Shown: positions 50,075 to 64,000, numbered from the stretch's first letter. The stretch: DNA of 64,000 nucleotides from Octopus sinensis (GCF_006345805.1 NC_042999.1:153078001-153142000), one strand, 5' to 3'. Program-made: numbers and translations. Notes: generated from the letters alone by a model not told the origin.

Positions 50075-51274
50075 CCATTCTGCATAAAAAATGGATCACA
50101 TCGAACAAGGTTCACTGATAAACAGTTGAAAGCAATTCTCTTGGTTGGATGCAGCAATTCCAAAACAGATATTGATGATACCTTAGAAGCTAAACACCAG
50201 TTTCACAAATCTCACAAACCCTTTTTGCTACCTAGTTTGTAAGATTCAGATATGTGCACATTGGGTGTGATATAACTATCTTATTGCTAACGTCGCCTTC
50301 AATGATAACTTTTTCGTTGTCTTTATTTTTTGTGGATTCACAGTATTGTATAAAACAAAATGGTTATGCGGTCCGCACTTGCCATTCTCTCAGTTACTTG
50401 ACCCGCTGTGAAAAAAGTTTGGTGACCCTGGCCTATGCAATTGTCTTTCGAAAATTTAGATGTACTATGTTAAATTTCATTTTAACAGTACTATTGTTCT
50501 CAGACAGTATATTGGCCTGGAGAATTCTTTTATAATAAGATTTTACGACCTTATAACTTTAAGAAACCTAAAAGAAAATATGATACTTTATTGTCACTAA
50601 GAGAAACAAGACTATGTTGCTTTTGATTTTTAACGTTAGAAACTAAGTCACTCCATACCTTACGGATATTGCAATTTTCGTTGTCTGTGCTGGTAACTTT
50701 CTTTGAACGAGTTGAAAAAGAATATTTCAAAACGAAAATTATTTAAATAAAAGGTCGAAAATGCATGGGTTTTGCAGTGAGACTGCAAAGTTCATGTTTC
50801 TTTGTTTCGCGCTTCCGAATATTGACAGATTGGTAAATTTTGAAAAGTAGGTTAAAGTATGCGCTCGTCTTCCAGGCAAAAAGAATTTTGTTGGCTGGCA
50901 AATCTGACTTGTTCATCTGGAGGGGATAAAGATACGGTAGTGAGGATTGTCAAATTGATCGAAATAGATCTATTAGACTACAAAACCTTTGTGCTTCACT
51001 GACGAGGAACGCATTGCTCAAAATCTGAGATATCAATGTCTGTGTAGAAAGGCTCATGTTTATAACATTCTTGTATTTCTAAATGTATATTGAACGGATT
51101 CAATAGATACTCACCGGGACACAGCTTAATATATTTCATGAAACTTACACTGGACAGAATTCTTAACTCTGAATCTCTGCTATAAAATACAATATGCTGA
51201 GTTCAGTCGCTCTCTCACTCTCTCTCTCTTCTCTCTCTCTCTCACTCTCTCTCTCACTCCCTCCCCCCTCTCTC

Positions 51275-51325
<51 letters not shown>

Positions 51326-51338
51326 GTCTATCTGTCTG

Positions 51339-51429
<91 letters not shown>

Positions 51430-51593
51430 GTCTGTCAGTTTGTCTCTCCCTCCTCTCTCTCCCTGTATCTATCTATCTATCTCATATAATTCCAGAAAAT
51501 TCAGACTCGCATACGCACACATATATGTGTGCGTAGTTGTTTGCATGTGTCTCTGAATGTGTAACTGAGCCTGTGAAGTGAGGATGAGACAAG

Positions 51594-51655
<62 letters not shown>

Positions 51656-51755
51656 NNNNNNNNNNNNNNNNNNNNNNNNNNNNNNNNNNNNNNNNNNNNN
51701 NNNNNNNNNNNNNNNNNNNNNNNNNNNNNNNNNNNNNNNNNNNNNNNNNNNNNNN
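51656..51755. other. Assembly gap (~100 N)
   Basis: N run between (AG)n and (AT)n. True distance unknown. Confidence 0.97.
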
Positions 51756-52343
51756 TATATATATATGTGTATATATGTGTGTGTGTATATATATGTATGT
51801 GTGTGTATATATATATATATATATGTATGTATTATATATATAACGTGGATTTTAAAACGCACTTATATTTTAGTCCTCAATTAACAATCGTTTTGCGAAT
51901 GTGTATCAAAAAAAAAACACAAAAAAAAAAAAAAGCAATCAGTCATCAGAATTGCAATCTTATGTAAAATATCTCCAAGAGAGGAAATTCTTACTAAATC
52001 ACTATGACTAGTCAATTACTTTGGTTTCCATTCAAACGATATTTTATTATCTATCTATTTATTTACTTTGTTACGATAAACAATGACTAACTACTCGATA
52101 CAAATGAAATGCTGACGAGCGTATATATATATTATATATATAATATCTATATATATTATATAGATATAATTATTATACATACACACAGACACATACATCA
52201 GTTTTGTGTGTAAGATCGTCCTATATCGTATATTCTCTATCGCTTTTCTCTCAGTTTTTCAATGCCTCTCTAATGGCATTTAATCATACCTGTAATCATA
52301 TTCTGTACCTGTATGAAACACAAACATATACACTCGCACCAAC

Positions 52344-52398
<55 letters not shown>

Positions 52399-53029
52399 AT
52401 GTATGTGTGTATATTCTAGGCTTAGACGGAAACCAGGTTTGATTTGCCGATTTGGGGTTATATATATATTATATATATATATATATATTATATATATATA
52501 TAATATATAGATATATATATATATATACTGCACACATGAAAATTCCCCCAGAATATTTGAAATACCCTATATTTTGTATGTGATTCACATGGAAACTGAA
52601 TACAAGCCCGTTGAGTAGATTGTACTTGCAATTCAAAAACAGTTTCCACTCACACATTGTCATGTCATTCCAGCTGATAAATATACACACACATACCCGT
52701 ACAACACACACACGTGTGTGTTTCTCACCTCCTCTGCGTTAATTTAATAATGAGATTGAAAAACTGAATTCTCGTTCAACGACGGAGATCCCAACGCAGG
52801 GTTTCTAAAAATGCTTCATCTCTGGTAGAATCTTGACAAAGCGTAATTCTTAGTGTATAGGTTTCATGATAAAAAGCGTTCTTCAGATTCCTTCTTCATA
52901 TGTGGACATACACGTTTTTTATTGCTTCCAATGTGCGGACATCCAGCGCATATCTTAGACCAGTGGTTCTCAACCGCGGTCCTTATAACCCTCGGTGGGG
53001 TCAATGTTAGGTTTTGTTAAAATCTTTTT

Positions 53030-53378
53030 TTTATTTTACTTGTTTCAGTCATTTGACTGCGGTCATGCTGGAGCACCGTTTTTAGTCGAACAAATCGACC
53101 CCAGGACTTAATCTTTGTAACTCTAGTACTTTTCTACTTTTCTATCGAACCTTTTTTTTGTCGAACCGCTAAGTTACGGGGACGTAAACACATCAACATC
53201 GGTTGTCAAGCGATGGTGACACACACACACAACGGTCTTTTAATTTCTGTCTACCAAATCTACTCACAAGGCTTTGGTCAGCCTGAGACCGTAGTAGAAA
53301 ACATTTGTCCAAGGTGCCACGCAGTGAGACTGAACCTAGAACCATTTGGTTGAGAAACCAGCTTCGTACCACACAACT
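53030..53378 (-). mobile_element. SINE-A
   Basis: Near full-length reverse copy. Confidence 0.8.
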
Positions 53379-53866
53379 CTGTAATAAATTGTTTATACTT
53401 CTATAATACATTAAAAAAAATGTGACAATGTTTTTTTTATACAGTTCCTAATAATATCTAATCATAAAAATGTGTTTTTTTTTTTTTAAATATTGTATCG
53501 TTATGAAGCTCCATCAGAGCAAAGCAGAAATCAAAAGGGTTCCAGAAATATATTTTTAAACATTTGGTTGCGAAACACTGGTTCAGAACATAATCACGTA
53601 TGTATGTACGTTTATTATAGCAAACGTCATAACATTGATGTTGACGGTGATCGTTGTTGTGGTACTAGTGGTTGTGATGTTATGAGAGGACCATTCAAAT
53701 GCGTTTCGATGCAAACAGGTATACAAAAACATAGTCCTTCTGTGACCAATGAAAATAAACGTGGCTAAATAACACGGATAGAGGTCTGTTTTGATGGTTT
53801 TGTAGGTGAGAGTTGAATGAAGGATTTGCGACAGGTTACTGAAGAAATTGCAAAGCAGTTTTATAT

Positions 53867-54105
53867 TAGTGGTTCTCAGCCTTGGAGGTCCAAATAAAAA
53901 CTTTGTTGCTGAAGTTTCTGCAATAGATCGGTTATACTTCTACTAAGCACAAGCAATTCCAGCAATTGTTTAATACAATTCCTAAAAACATGTGATTATA
54001 AAGATATAATAGGACTTTTTAAAACATCGATTAACTTACAAGGGTCCACCTAAAAAAAGTAGGAATGAAAGGAGTCTAAAGGCAAAATATGGTTGAAAAC
54101 CACTG
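53867..54105. mobile_element. hAT-type MITE
   Basis: TAGTGGTTCTCAGCC / GGTTGAAAACCACTG termini (12/15 match). No clear TSD. Confidence 0.5.
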
Positions 54106-54794
54106 ACAGACTTTACAACACTTTGTGCATGTGCGCAAGAGAGAGGAAGAGAAGAGGGACTCTTTCAAATCGGACATAAGGGAAAATGTTATCTTCAGAG
54201 TGAAGGCCTAGCCAGAATGTTTGTATGTTTATGATAGTATAGCTATTAGTTGTATGTCACCTTAGTTGTGCATGTCTCTGTATATGTTTACGTAGGTTTA
54301 CATAAAAACTTGTGCATGTAGATATATAACTGTGTAGATTTACGTATGCACAAATATCGGCAGAATTGTGCGACTGTTCAAAAATTGGAGATAACTTAAA
54401 AAGAATTTTGAAAAAGCATCTGTTTACGAATATGAATTCTGAATTTGTTGCATGATTCGAAATATGATTTATAGAAACTTTCAGTGTGAGGCAGTTACGA
54501 AGTTTTGTAGGGGTGGTTGCACTGTTGGCATATACACAATGTGTATGTGTATTTTAAACTTTGTGTACGTCACATTTTGCCTGTGTGTGTATGTGTGTAA
54601 TAATGTAAAGCGATGAAACAATTGTAAACGATATATGAAAATGATTTGCTAGCTTTTCGATACTTATATATATATATGTGTGTGTGCGTTTATACGTAAA
54701 TTATAGTTTATATACGGTATATAAATTGTTAGATACGCTGTGTGTGTGTATATATAGATATCTATAGATATGTGTATATATCGTGTATTCCCAT

Positions 54795-54825
<31 letters not shown>

Positions 54826-54913
54826 ATTTCTTTCTATAACTTCGTTCTGAAACTATGTTGCAACAAGGTTTTTCCCTTCTTTTTCTCGACCTTCGTCTGT
54901 ATTTCTGTATGTA

Positions 54914-54955
<42 letters not shown>

Positions 54956-55302
54956 CGTTCGCATATAATAACGACGACTACTACAGCGGTGATGGTGATG
55001 CTGATGAAGATGGTTATAAAATTTGTGTCAGTGTGTTGTCGATGTGAGTGTGTCAAGTCTGAATTGTAGGAGAGAGAAGGAAGAAGAAGAAAAAGGAAAA
55101 AAAAAAAAAAAGTGTCTGAGAACCGACCATGAACGTTCTACGTAAAGATGGTGTAGCTGTACTGCCATACTGGAAGGCTGGCTGGCTGGCTATCTGGCTG
55201 GCTGGTTAAGTAGTGCAGTGAGATCATCAAAGCACCGTATAGAAAAGCCGCCAACGTCGTCCAAAGCTGCCGGCTTCTGTTTAGCTGACAATAAAGACGT
55301 CG

Positions 55303-55362
<60 letters not shown>

Positions 55363-55437
55363 GTTATTATTTTATTTTTTTATCATGCATTGTTTTTTTT
55401 CCTTGTATTTGGTCTGATATATTTTTCCTGACCCCAT

Positions 55438-55475
<38 letters not shown>

Positions 55476-56107
55476 TAGGTGTAAATAGAGGCGTTAAAAG
55501 GTGTGTATATTTAGTTCTTTCGATTTGTTTTTACCGTTACAGACACGGCCATGTTGCAGCACAACCTTTACACAGAACCCCATATTATATTATTTTTTTT
55601 TTACTGTGTATCTATACTTAGACTTCAGGTGTAAGGTTTTTTATGCTTGTCTAATATCGATGTGTGTGTGTGTGTGTGTGTCTGTGTGTGTGTGTATATT
55701 CTTTTACTTGCTGTAGCACCGCCTTCAATCGAACAGATCGACCCTAGGACTTATTCTTTGTAAGCCTAGTACTTATTCTATCGGGCTCTTTTGTCGAACC
55801 GCTAGGGTATATAATAATTAGACACAGACACTCACTCACACACATACACACAAACATATACGCGCACACACGCATATATATGTATACACACACACACACA
55901 TGATAATCTTTGTGTCACATATATAAATAATTTAAAAGGAAACTGAAAAATTATTCACGTTTATCAATTTTTTTACAAGCGTGGTTATATGTCTTCAACA
56001 CCACTCGACAACCGATGCTGGCATGTTTATCGCCTCGTAACTTAGCGGTTCAGTCAATTATACCGATAAAATATAAGTAACGGGTTTCAAAAAGGAAGTA
56101 CTGGCGT

Positions 56108-56173
<66 letters not shown>

Positions 56174-56726
56174 TTTAAGTGACAAACTCTACATGGATGG
56201 ATAAAGTTAAAGAAGCAGGGTAGAGAAACTGCACCACCACTCGACCAGTTCTTAATTTCTGTCGTGTAGATGGGGTCATAGTGGAATCAAGAGCCTTGCT
56301 CAAGGACACACTGCACCGTCAGTTCCAGAAGGGTTCGTGCCCACGGCATTATGGTCGTTTGGTAATTACCCTAACCACTAGGCTACGAACCTTCACTAAG
56401 TACCAAATATCTAAATGTTCTTCGATTGGCAGATTGTGCAATCGGTTGACGTTCTGGGTTCGAATTTGGCCATCGTAATGTTGATGTTATCATTCTTCCG
56501 AGATCGTTGGGTCGCATAAAATGCATTACTATCCTTCTCCAGAAATAACTCGACCAAAACACACATTCAAAGGGGCCCGGTAAACAGTTATGCCCGAGGG
56601 CTCTGGCACAAGCTAATCAATCGAGTCGATGTAATCAACTTATCCCCGTCCCCAAGCTGCTGGCCTTTGAAAAAATTCTTTAGAAATAAGTAAAAACTAA
56701 AGATTTACAGAAAATTGGTAATCTTT

Positions 56727-56770
<44 letters not shown>

Positions 56771-56850
56771 CATATGTGGAAAATCGGTGTGTTTGTTTGT
56801 GGCATTGTTAGCTAACTCCCCCTACATCGTTTTATTGATTTTGATGAAAC

Positions 56851-57250
56851 TTGACACGTGGGTAGAACTCATGAATGGAAACCTTGTGACATAATTAGAT
56901 TGTTGAAAAAAATTGATAATACGGCCCCTGAAAGGGACCTTTATATCTATCTCATATAACTATTTTTAAACACACAAGGGAAATAACCCATAGCACCTGT
57001 ACAATATTTTTTAAAACACTCAAGAGAAATAACCCATTTCATTGTTTATGTTCGATTACTTTGAATATTGATTTTTTTTTTGTCTGTCCTATTTCTTGAC
57101 ACGTGAGTAGAACTCATGTCTGGAAACCTCGTGACATACTTGGATTGTTGAAAAAAAAATCGATAATAGGGCCCTTCCAGTGGATCCTATCTACTGCATA
57201 TTACTAATATTTTAAACAACCCAAGGCAAATAAGCCATACCATCTGCAGA
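56851..57250. repeat. Diverged tandem duplication, ~245-bp period
   Basis: TTGACACGTG.GTAGAACTCATG..TGGAAACCT.GTGACATA at 56851 and 57096. Confidence 0.75.
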
Positions 57251-57822
57251 TTTTACCGAAGGGATCAGTATTTGATTCTCACGATTAGCCGACCTAATTA
57301 TGCATTTCACTACTCATTGTTTCGAACTGCTAAACATTATTATTGCACCTCCTTACTTTGAAACTTATACATTAAACGCTTCATTCATACATTTCTATAC
57401 ATACATACTTTTTTGAATGCCCATTACTCTGATAATTCTGCATTTTTACTTGTAAACTTTTCCATGACAGTAGATAAATTTTTTATTCCACAACGTATTT
57501 GTAGTGGCTTCATGTAGACATAGCGTGGATTCGATCCTCGATTGCCAAATTTCACTGAACACTTAACAACAGCGCTTTTCTCACGGTAAAACAATAGTAT
57601 TTCTGTGAATGACAGCAGTTATACATTTCCCAGATGCCTTCGCTAAGCAGAATAATGTCTCTGCTTCTCGCGAACCTCCAACAATCTCTCCCTCCTCCAG
57701 CCGACAGTTTTTTGTACTTTTTCGTGGCGGAAAATACATTCTGTGGCAGTTATAACGAAATTGCTTTCTTATATCAGAGTAATTAGGCGTTTCAGTAGAA
57801 CATCTTTACCCCCCGAGAATTC

Positions 57823-57990
57823 CCGATGCTAGTGTGTTTACGTCCCTGCCACTTAGCGCTTCGGCAAAAAGATACCCGATAAAATAAATACTAGGCTTAC
57901 AATGAATAAGTACTGGGGTCGATTTGTTCGACCAAAGGCGGTGCTCCAGCATGGCCGCAGTCAAATGACTGAAACAAATGAAAATATAAG
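57823..57990 (+). mobile_element. SINE-A 3' half
   Basis: Matches the SINE-A tail. Other fragments at ~11020-11175, 55710-55805, 59775-59940, 60600-60700, 62090-62210 and 62625-62768 (all minus). Confidence 0.78.
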
Positions 57991-58626
57991 AGAATAATAT
58001 CGAAAGACTTTTTACGGTTTGGGGGACACCAAATAATTTCCGACACTCTTCTCTACGAATGCCCTCAAAATTAATGCCACTTCGAAATAAATTCCTCAGT
58101 TTATGCTTGTAAGTAGAAAAGGTGATGGTAGTGGTGGTGGTAGTAGTAGTAGATCTATGATAGCGCCCTCTTTGAATCAATGTCTTTAGAGGCTGACGAG
58201 AAAGAAGAGTAGAAGGAACGAATTGTAAAGAAATAAGTGGAAATAGACAAAAATGAAATAAAATAAGCCCCTAAAAACGTGTCTACCACTGACTGAGTGG
58301 GTCCTGATTATAGGGTGTATGTTTAAATTAAAAGGGACTACTGTACAACTTTTTAGGTTTGTGTGTGGTGTGTGTGTGTGTAGACTGAGTAGTGAACATC
58401 GGTGAATAAAGATGAGAAATAAAGAATCCGAAGAGGAAAATAATTAAACTGAAAGAGAAGCGGGTGAGGGGAAAGAAAAGCTTAGAAGAGCGTGGCTGGT
58501 AATTAGAGTTCAAACAGGAGAGAGGAGAGGGAGAGATGGGGGTCGGGAAGGGGTGGTGGTCTGACGAGGAAAGAAAGAGAAAATAATGGAGAACCTGGCA
58601 TATGGAGTTTCTAAAGCAGTCATAAA

Positions 58627-58662
<36 letters not shown>

Positions 58663-58734
58663 CACACATACTTGTGTATAAATACATATACTTGCGTATA
58701 CAAACACATAAGTATAGGAGCTTAGATATAAGTT

Positions 58735-59213
58735 TTAATCTTGTTTGGCAGTTGACTGTGGCCATACTGGGGCACCCTCTTTGAAGAATTATTAGTCGAA
58801 TAAAACGACCCAAAGTACTTTTTTTTTTTGCTTTGAAAGCCTGGTATGTATTCTGTCGGTCACTTTTGCCGAACCGCTAAGTCATGGGGACGTAAACACT
58901 CCAGCATCGGTTGTCGAGTGGTTTGGAACCCCCTCCCCCACATGTATATATATATATATGTGTGTGTGTGTGTATGTATATATATGTGTGTGTGTATATA
59001 TATGTGTGTGTGTATATATATATGTGTGTGTGTGTGTGTATATATATATGTATATATAGGACGGGCTTCTTTAAGCTTCCGTCCACCAAAACTACTCATA
59101 AGGGTTTGGTCGGCCTGAGGCTATAACCGAAGACACTTACCCAAAATGCCACGCAGTGGGACTGAACCCAGAAGTATGGTGGTTGAGAAACTAACTTTTT
59201 ACCATACAACCAC
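58735..59213 (-). mobile_element. SINE-A
   Basis: Near full-length reverse copy with expanded internal microsatellite. Confidence 0.78.
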
Positions 59214-59286
59214 CAGAACTTTTTTTTTTTTTTAGTTCCCGTCTCTCCCATTTGAAGTTTTCCAACGATATATATTAGATATATAT

Positions 59287-59321
<35 letters not shown>

Positions 59322-59947
59322 TGTAGCTGTGATGTGAGAAAATATTTCCTCCGATAAATATGCTACAGTAACTGTTAAAAAAAACCGAGACACTTTATAT
59401 TTATTGGTAGTAAGGTTATTAATTCTTGTTACGAAAATGCTCGTGTAAATCTAAAAAGGTCAGCTGCTGAATATGCAAAAAAACAAAAACGTTTTAAATT
59501 CTCGAATTCTTAATGAGTGCTACTGACGTTTTCTTTGAATGTCATGAAATCTAGGAGCGGCGGTCTTGATAAGTTTTTCCAATTAGTGATTCTAGAATAT
59601 ATAAATCATGTAATTCTAGGATGTAAGAATGTAATATGTAGAGAAGAAAGAAAAAGAACCAGCGGTGGTCTTCTTTAGAAACATGAAATAACATGGCCAA
59701 GGAATTGTTTGTGCTCGGCATACTAAGTATAAACATAGTAAGGTCATACAGAAATATATACTTATATTATTTATCTTTTACCTTAGTCATTTGACTGCGG
59801 CTATGCTAGGGGACACTGATGTGGAGATTTTAGTCCAACAAATCAACCCCAGTGATGTTTTTAGAACCTGTATCTGTTCTGCCGATCTCTTCTTGCGAAA
59901 CCGCTTGCTTACGGGGATGTAAACAAAACTAACACCGGTGGTGGAAG

Positions 59948-60020
<73 letters not shown>

Positions 60021-60371
60021 TAATCAATAAAACTTATGCATATATATATACATATATGTACGTACCTACCTCTACATGTATATATACACGCATATATGAG
60101 TACAGGACACCAAAAAAAAAAAACGTCGAACACAATGAGAAACGAAAACATAGACACAAACCCAAGGAACTGGACATTTTTTCTTAAACAACAAACAAAT
60201 AGAGTACAGGACAAATAACACAAGGAAAAAAAAACCCTTCTTCAGTCGCCATGGTTTCATCTACTCTCCGTTTCGAAGGTGAAGGCGAGACGTATCTTCG
60301 ATAGAAACTTTCCTTCCTGCGAAAAGCAAATCAAATAAAATTTGAGATCTTTTCGCAGAGGGATATATATA

Positions 60372-60488
60372 TAGGGAGAATTTACGAAAAAACAAAAGAC
60401 GAAGACAGGTGGTGTACAGAACAAACAGATGTATTAGTATAACGCTCAGGAATAAAAAAAGTCTTTTACGTTTCGAGCCTACGCTCTT
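60372..60488 (-). mobile_element. HHR family B, copy 3 (5' core lost to (AT)n)
   Basis: A-GAGC(GTAG)GCTC-GAAACGT-A-AAAGAC...TTCCTGAGCGTTATACTAATACA. Confidence 0.7.
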
Positions 60489-60512
60489 ATATATATATAT
60501 ATATAATATATA

Positions 60513-60546
<34 letters not shown>

Positions 60547-61260
60547 CGCATATTGCCGGCTTCTAGTTTCGGTCTAAAAGATCTACTCAAAAGGCTTTAA
60601 TCACCCTGCGGCTGTTTATAGTAGAAGATACTTGGCCAAGGCGCCACGCAGTAGGACTGAACCCGGATTCATATAGTTGGAAAGCAAACATTTTACACGC
60701 ACACGAGCACATATCATCATTTAACATCCGTCTTGTTTGCTGATACGAGTTGTTAGATGGTTTGACAGGATTGAAGAAAGCGGAGAACTGCTTAGAGCTC
60801 GGACGTCTGCTTTGGCATAGTTTCTATGACTTGATGCCCTTCCTTAGGGGCATCAAGCCGTAGAAACCATGTCAATTTTCAAATTTTTAATGACTACTGC
60901 TTACGGTGATATACTTTCGTTTTGTGATCATAAATGGAAAGAATTGTAGGTATTGTGGATGTAGTGATACTATTAATTTCATGAAACACAGTAGGGTCAG
61001 ATACACATGCACACACCAGGCGTGGTCTGAGGAATTTTTCGAAGGAAGGACACAAGGTCAGAAGGGAACACAATTCCAGGAGAAAATGGCTTAATAGCAT
61101 TATTTAGAAGATCGCACTTTTTGAAGGGGGACACGTGCCCCTCAGCCCCCTCCACACCTTGGGTTCGCCCCTGCACACATACGCACACTCAATAGAATGA
61201 GTTGAAAGTAACTTTAATGGAAATTATCTCATCAGTAGAAAAATAAAATGTTTGTCTCTT

Positions 61261-61297
<37 letters not shown>

Positions 61298-62305
61298 CAT
61301 GAAATTTTTTATTTTAAAATCTATTCGTTTCAGACTATTTGGAAATTAATATAAATAAACGAACTCTCAGCTTTGCGAATGTTCGAAATTTCCTCAAATC
61401 ACTTTCCATCGTTTTAGTCACGACAGATTACGTAGTAAAAGAGACTAGATGGTCATCACTGGAGCGCTTTTGATGGGTCTTCTCAAGAAAAGCTAGAATT
61501 ATTTTTATGTATGTTAAAAAGATACAATTATTTATTTAATTCCTGTTAAAAATCAAAATTAATTATAAACTGGTTTTTCTAGATACAATCTTCGTATAAA
61601 ATTTATGGGTATCCCTTTTTTTCCTTTTTTTCTTTCATTCACATTTATCCTAAGTTTAAATGACTATTTTCGAAAGTGGCTTAAAGGCTAATTTTTTAAA
61701 ACGAGGATTTTTTCTCAGTGAAGTCGGTAGTAGCCTTAATTAATATACATGTTACTTTCATGTGGATACTTCGGACAAACGTAAATAACCACCGATGTAC
61801 GCGCACTGGTGTATGCAAAATTCAACGAAACGAAAAACGAACCGAAACTAAATAAATATGGATATAAGGAATGTAAGAAATACTCTAGAGTTAAACATGT
61901 GAACCTTGGTGATAAAATGAATTTTGATGCGATTCATATACCGAAATATACTGTAATATAGTGAGTAATATCTTACTTTTACTATAAGAGATATTAAATA
62001 TATTTTAACAAGAACTTGGGTGATCTTAAAATAAATACCAAGCACATACAAGATATCCATTTGCCGCGTACACACACACATTCTTGTATTTCTTTTACTT
62101 GTTTCAATCATTTTGACTGACCATGCTGGAGCACCGTCTTATAGGGTTTTTAGTCAAAGAAATTAACCTCAGGACTAAGCCTAGTATTTTTTTTTATCGG
62201 TTGTCAAGTGATGGCAGACTCACCCCCCGCTCTCTCTCTCTCTCTCTCTCTATGTATTGATTTTTTTTTTTTGATTTTTCCAGTTTCAGCTAATGAGCTG
62301 TGGCC

Positions 62306-62361
<56 letters not shown>

Positions 62362-62364
<3 letters not shown>

Positions 62365-62543
62365 CCGCGTGTGTACCGTGTGGCGATTTTTTCCCCTCTG
62401 TCTTTCCTTCTATATTTCCGACGAAGAGCTCCGCTCGAAACGTTAACCCCCCTCTTTCCTCTTTCCTGAGCGTCCAATAACACTATATTGTTCCACGTCC
62501 TCGCGTTGTTGTGTTTTTTTGTGCTTTCATGTTTGGATTAACT
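62362..62543 (+). mobile_element. HHR family A, copy 4
   Basis: 62414-62448: TTT-CCGACGA-A-GAGC(TCC)GCTC-GAAACGT-T-AAC. (AT)n on both flanks. Confidence 0.78.
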
Positions 62544-62585
<42 letters not shown>

Positions 62586-62846
62586 TATATATATATATAC
62601 GCGTGTATATATACACACACACACACGATGAGCTTTCTATCAGTTTAACTCACAAGGCTTTGGCCGACCCGAGGCAATTATAGAAGACACTTGCCCAAGG
62701 TGCGACACAGTAGGACTGAACCCGGAACTATGTGGTTGGGAAACGAGCTTCGTACCACATAGCCACGAAAAGTATATTAGGAAAGTTAGAAATCAACGTT
62801 GTTTGTATGTCATATTCTCCCTCCCTACCTCACTCTTTCATTATGC

Positions 62847-62878
<32 letters not shown>

Positions 62879-63598
62879 ATGTGCATTGTGTGTGACTTCC
62901 ATTGTTACTAAAATGTTGTGCTCCTGGACCTGTGTCTTTGGACCTGGTTTGTGTTGCATTATTGCTTGTTTGTCGGTCAGGCTGCACGAAACCTATTAGG
63001 CCGACGTAGATAGATTAAACTCGTGGCCTGTGCAATAAATTTGAAGGTTGCATAATATTACACATAAAATGAAAGTATACGTGTACAAGGGTTGTGCGTA
63101 TGTTGTTCATACATAAACTCTTAAAGGAAATGTAGGTTATTTAATGTGTGTTTGTGTGTGTGTGTGGGAGAGGGAAGGACATTTGCAAATATGAAGGAAT
63201 TAATTATGAAAGAAATGGAAGACAGCGAGAGTGAAAGGAGATGAAGAAGAATCGCTAAGATGATAATCGGGAGTACATAATTTAGGATTTGATAAGATTA
63301 TAGAGGGATTAAATTTTCATGGTAGTTTATTTCGTTTTAACTACTATCTTTTTCTTCACGACTATTACCTCTCTCTCTCTTCTCATCATAGATGGGATAC
63401 AAAGGAGAAATGACGATGGTGATGGTGGCGGTATTACGATGAAGGAAGCGGAGATGGGGGCGGGGGGAAACCAGGATTGTTATTTTCCAAAAATTTATTT
63501 TATTTTATTTTTTTGCCAAATATGTGTACTTTGCCATATTTCTTGATGGATAAGGACATTTCTTACCTTCAGTTAAAAGACTCAGCTTCAATCGATTC

Positions 63599-63648
<50 letters not shown>

Positions 63649-63654
63649 ATATAA

Positions 63655-63847
63655 AAGCGTAGGAGTGGCTGTGTGGTAAGTAGCTTGCTAACGAACCACA
63701 TGGTTCCGGGTTCAGCACCCACTGCGTGGCACCTTGGGCAAGTGTCTTCTACTATAGCCTCGGGCCTTGTGAGTGGATTTGGTAGATGGAAACTGAAGAA
63801 GCCCGTAGTGTGTGTGTGTGTATATATATATAAAATATATTATATAT

Positions 63848-63899
<52 letters not shown>

Positions 63900-64000
63900 G
63901 TGTTTGTGTGTCTGTATTTGTCGCCCCAACATCGTTGACAACCGATGCTGGTGTGTTTGCGTACCCGTAACTTAGCGGTTCGGCAAAAGAGACCGATACA
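63655..64000 (+). mobile_element. SINE-A running off the window end
   Basis: GGAGTGGCTGTGTGGTAAGTAGCTTGC...CTTAGCGGTTCGGCAAAAGAGACCGATA. Confidence 0.85.

Larger units (their letters stand above)
1..64000. repeat. Window-wide microsatellite load: (AT)n, (CA)n, (AG)n, (TATC)n, (TACA)n, (TAA)n and compound arrays
   Basis: Directly visible, e.g. (AT)n 1-240, (TACA)n ~17380-17895, (CA)n ~21940-22215, (TATC)n ~45905-46000. These explain most ORF-track entries. Confidence 0.98.

Noticed and set aside
51601-51800. ORFs and any long-range arrangement spanning the N gap
   Set aside because: The gap size is unknown and contiguity is not guaranteed.
55185-55285. Possible minus-strand terminal exon (ALDDVGGFSIRCFDDLTALLNQPAR*)
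   Set aside because: Weak acceptor, ends in a (GGCT)n repeat, no homology recognised.
60232-60285. Permuted (type II) hammerhead on the minus strand (GAAACG...CTGAAGA)
   Set aside because: No UH cleavage site after helix III and no convincing stem I in this copy.
56-63975. Hundreds of YI/VC/TH/LS-rich ORFs in the track
   Set aside because: These are translations of di-, tri- and tetranucleotide microsatellites.

Overview
Eukaryotic, AT-rich, microsatellite-dense, transposon-derived DNA. The SINE families look like those I recall from Octopus genomes; this is recognition from memory, not a search. I cannot support any host protein-coding gene, true tRNA/rRNA gene or CRISPR array, and nearly all listed ORFs (YIYI, VCVC, THTH, LSLS) are microsatellite artefacts. 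Supported content: (i) two decayed Penelope-like element (PLE) ORF remnants with RT/GIY-YIG motifs; (ii) about 11 type-I hammerhead ribozyme (HHR)-like motifs in about 5 short element families, three with canonical cores and several with core variants (U4C, A6U) that recur across copies; (iii) LINE 3' fragments: a young RTE with a 14-bp TSD, two R4/Dong-like pieces (one inside a TAA array) and a Tx1/L1-like piece ending in (TATC)n; (iv) three tRNA-derived SINE families, two of which share 3' ends with LINEs in this window; (v) mariner, Tc1 and hAT derivatives and hairpin MITEs; (vi) a ~99% identical ~500-bp inverted repeat enclosing a 21-bp minisatellite of about 50 units; (vii) a 100-N assembly gap. 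The most promising unexplored system is the set of non-autonomous, microsatellite-embedded, HHR-bearing elements with variant catalytic cores. All alignments and counts were done by eye.
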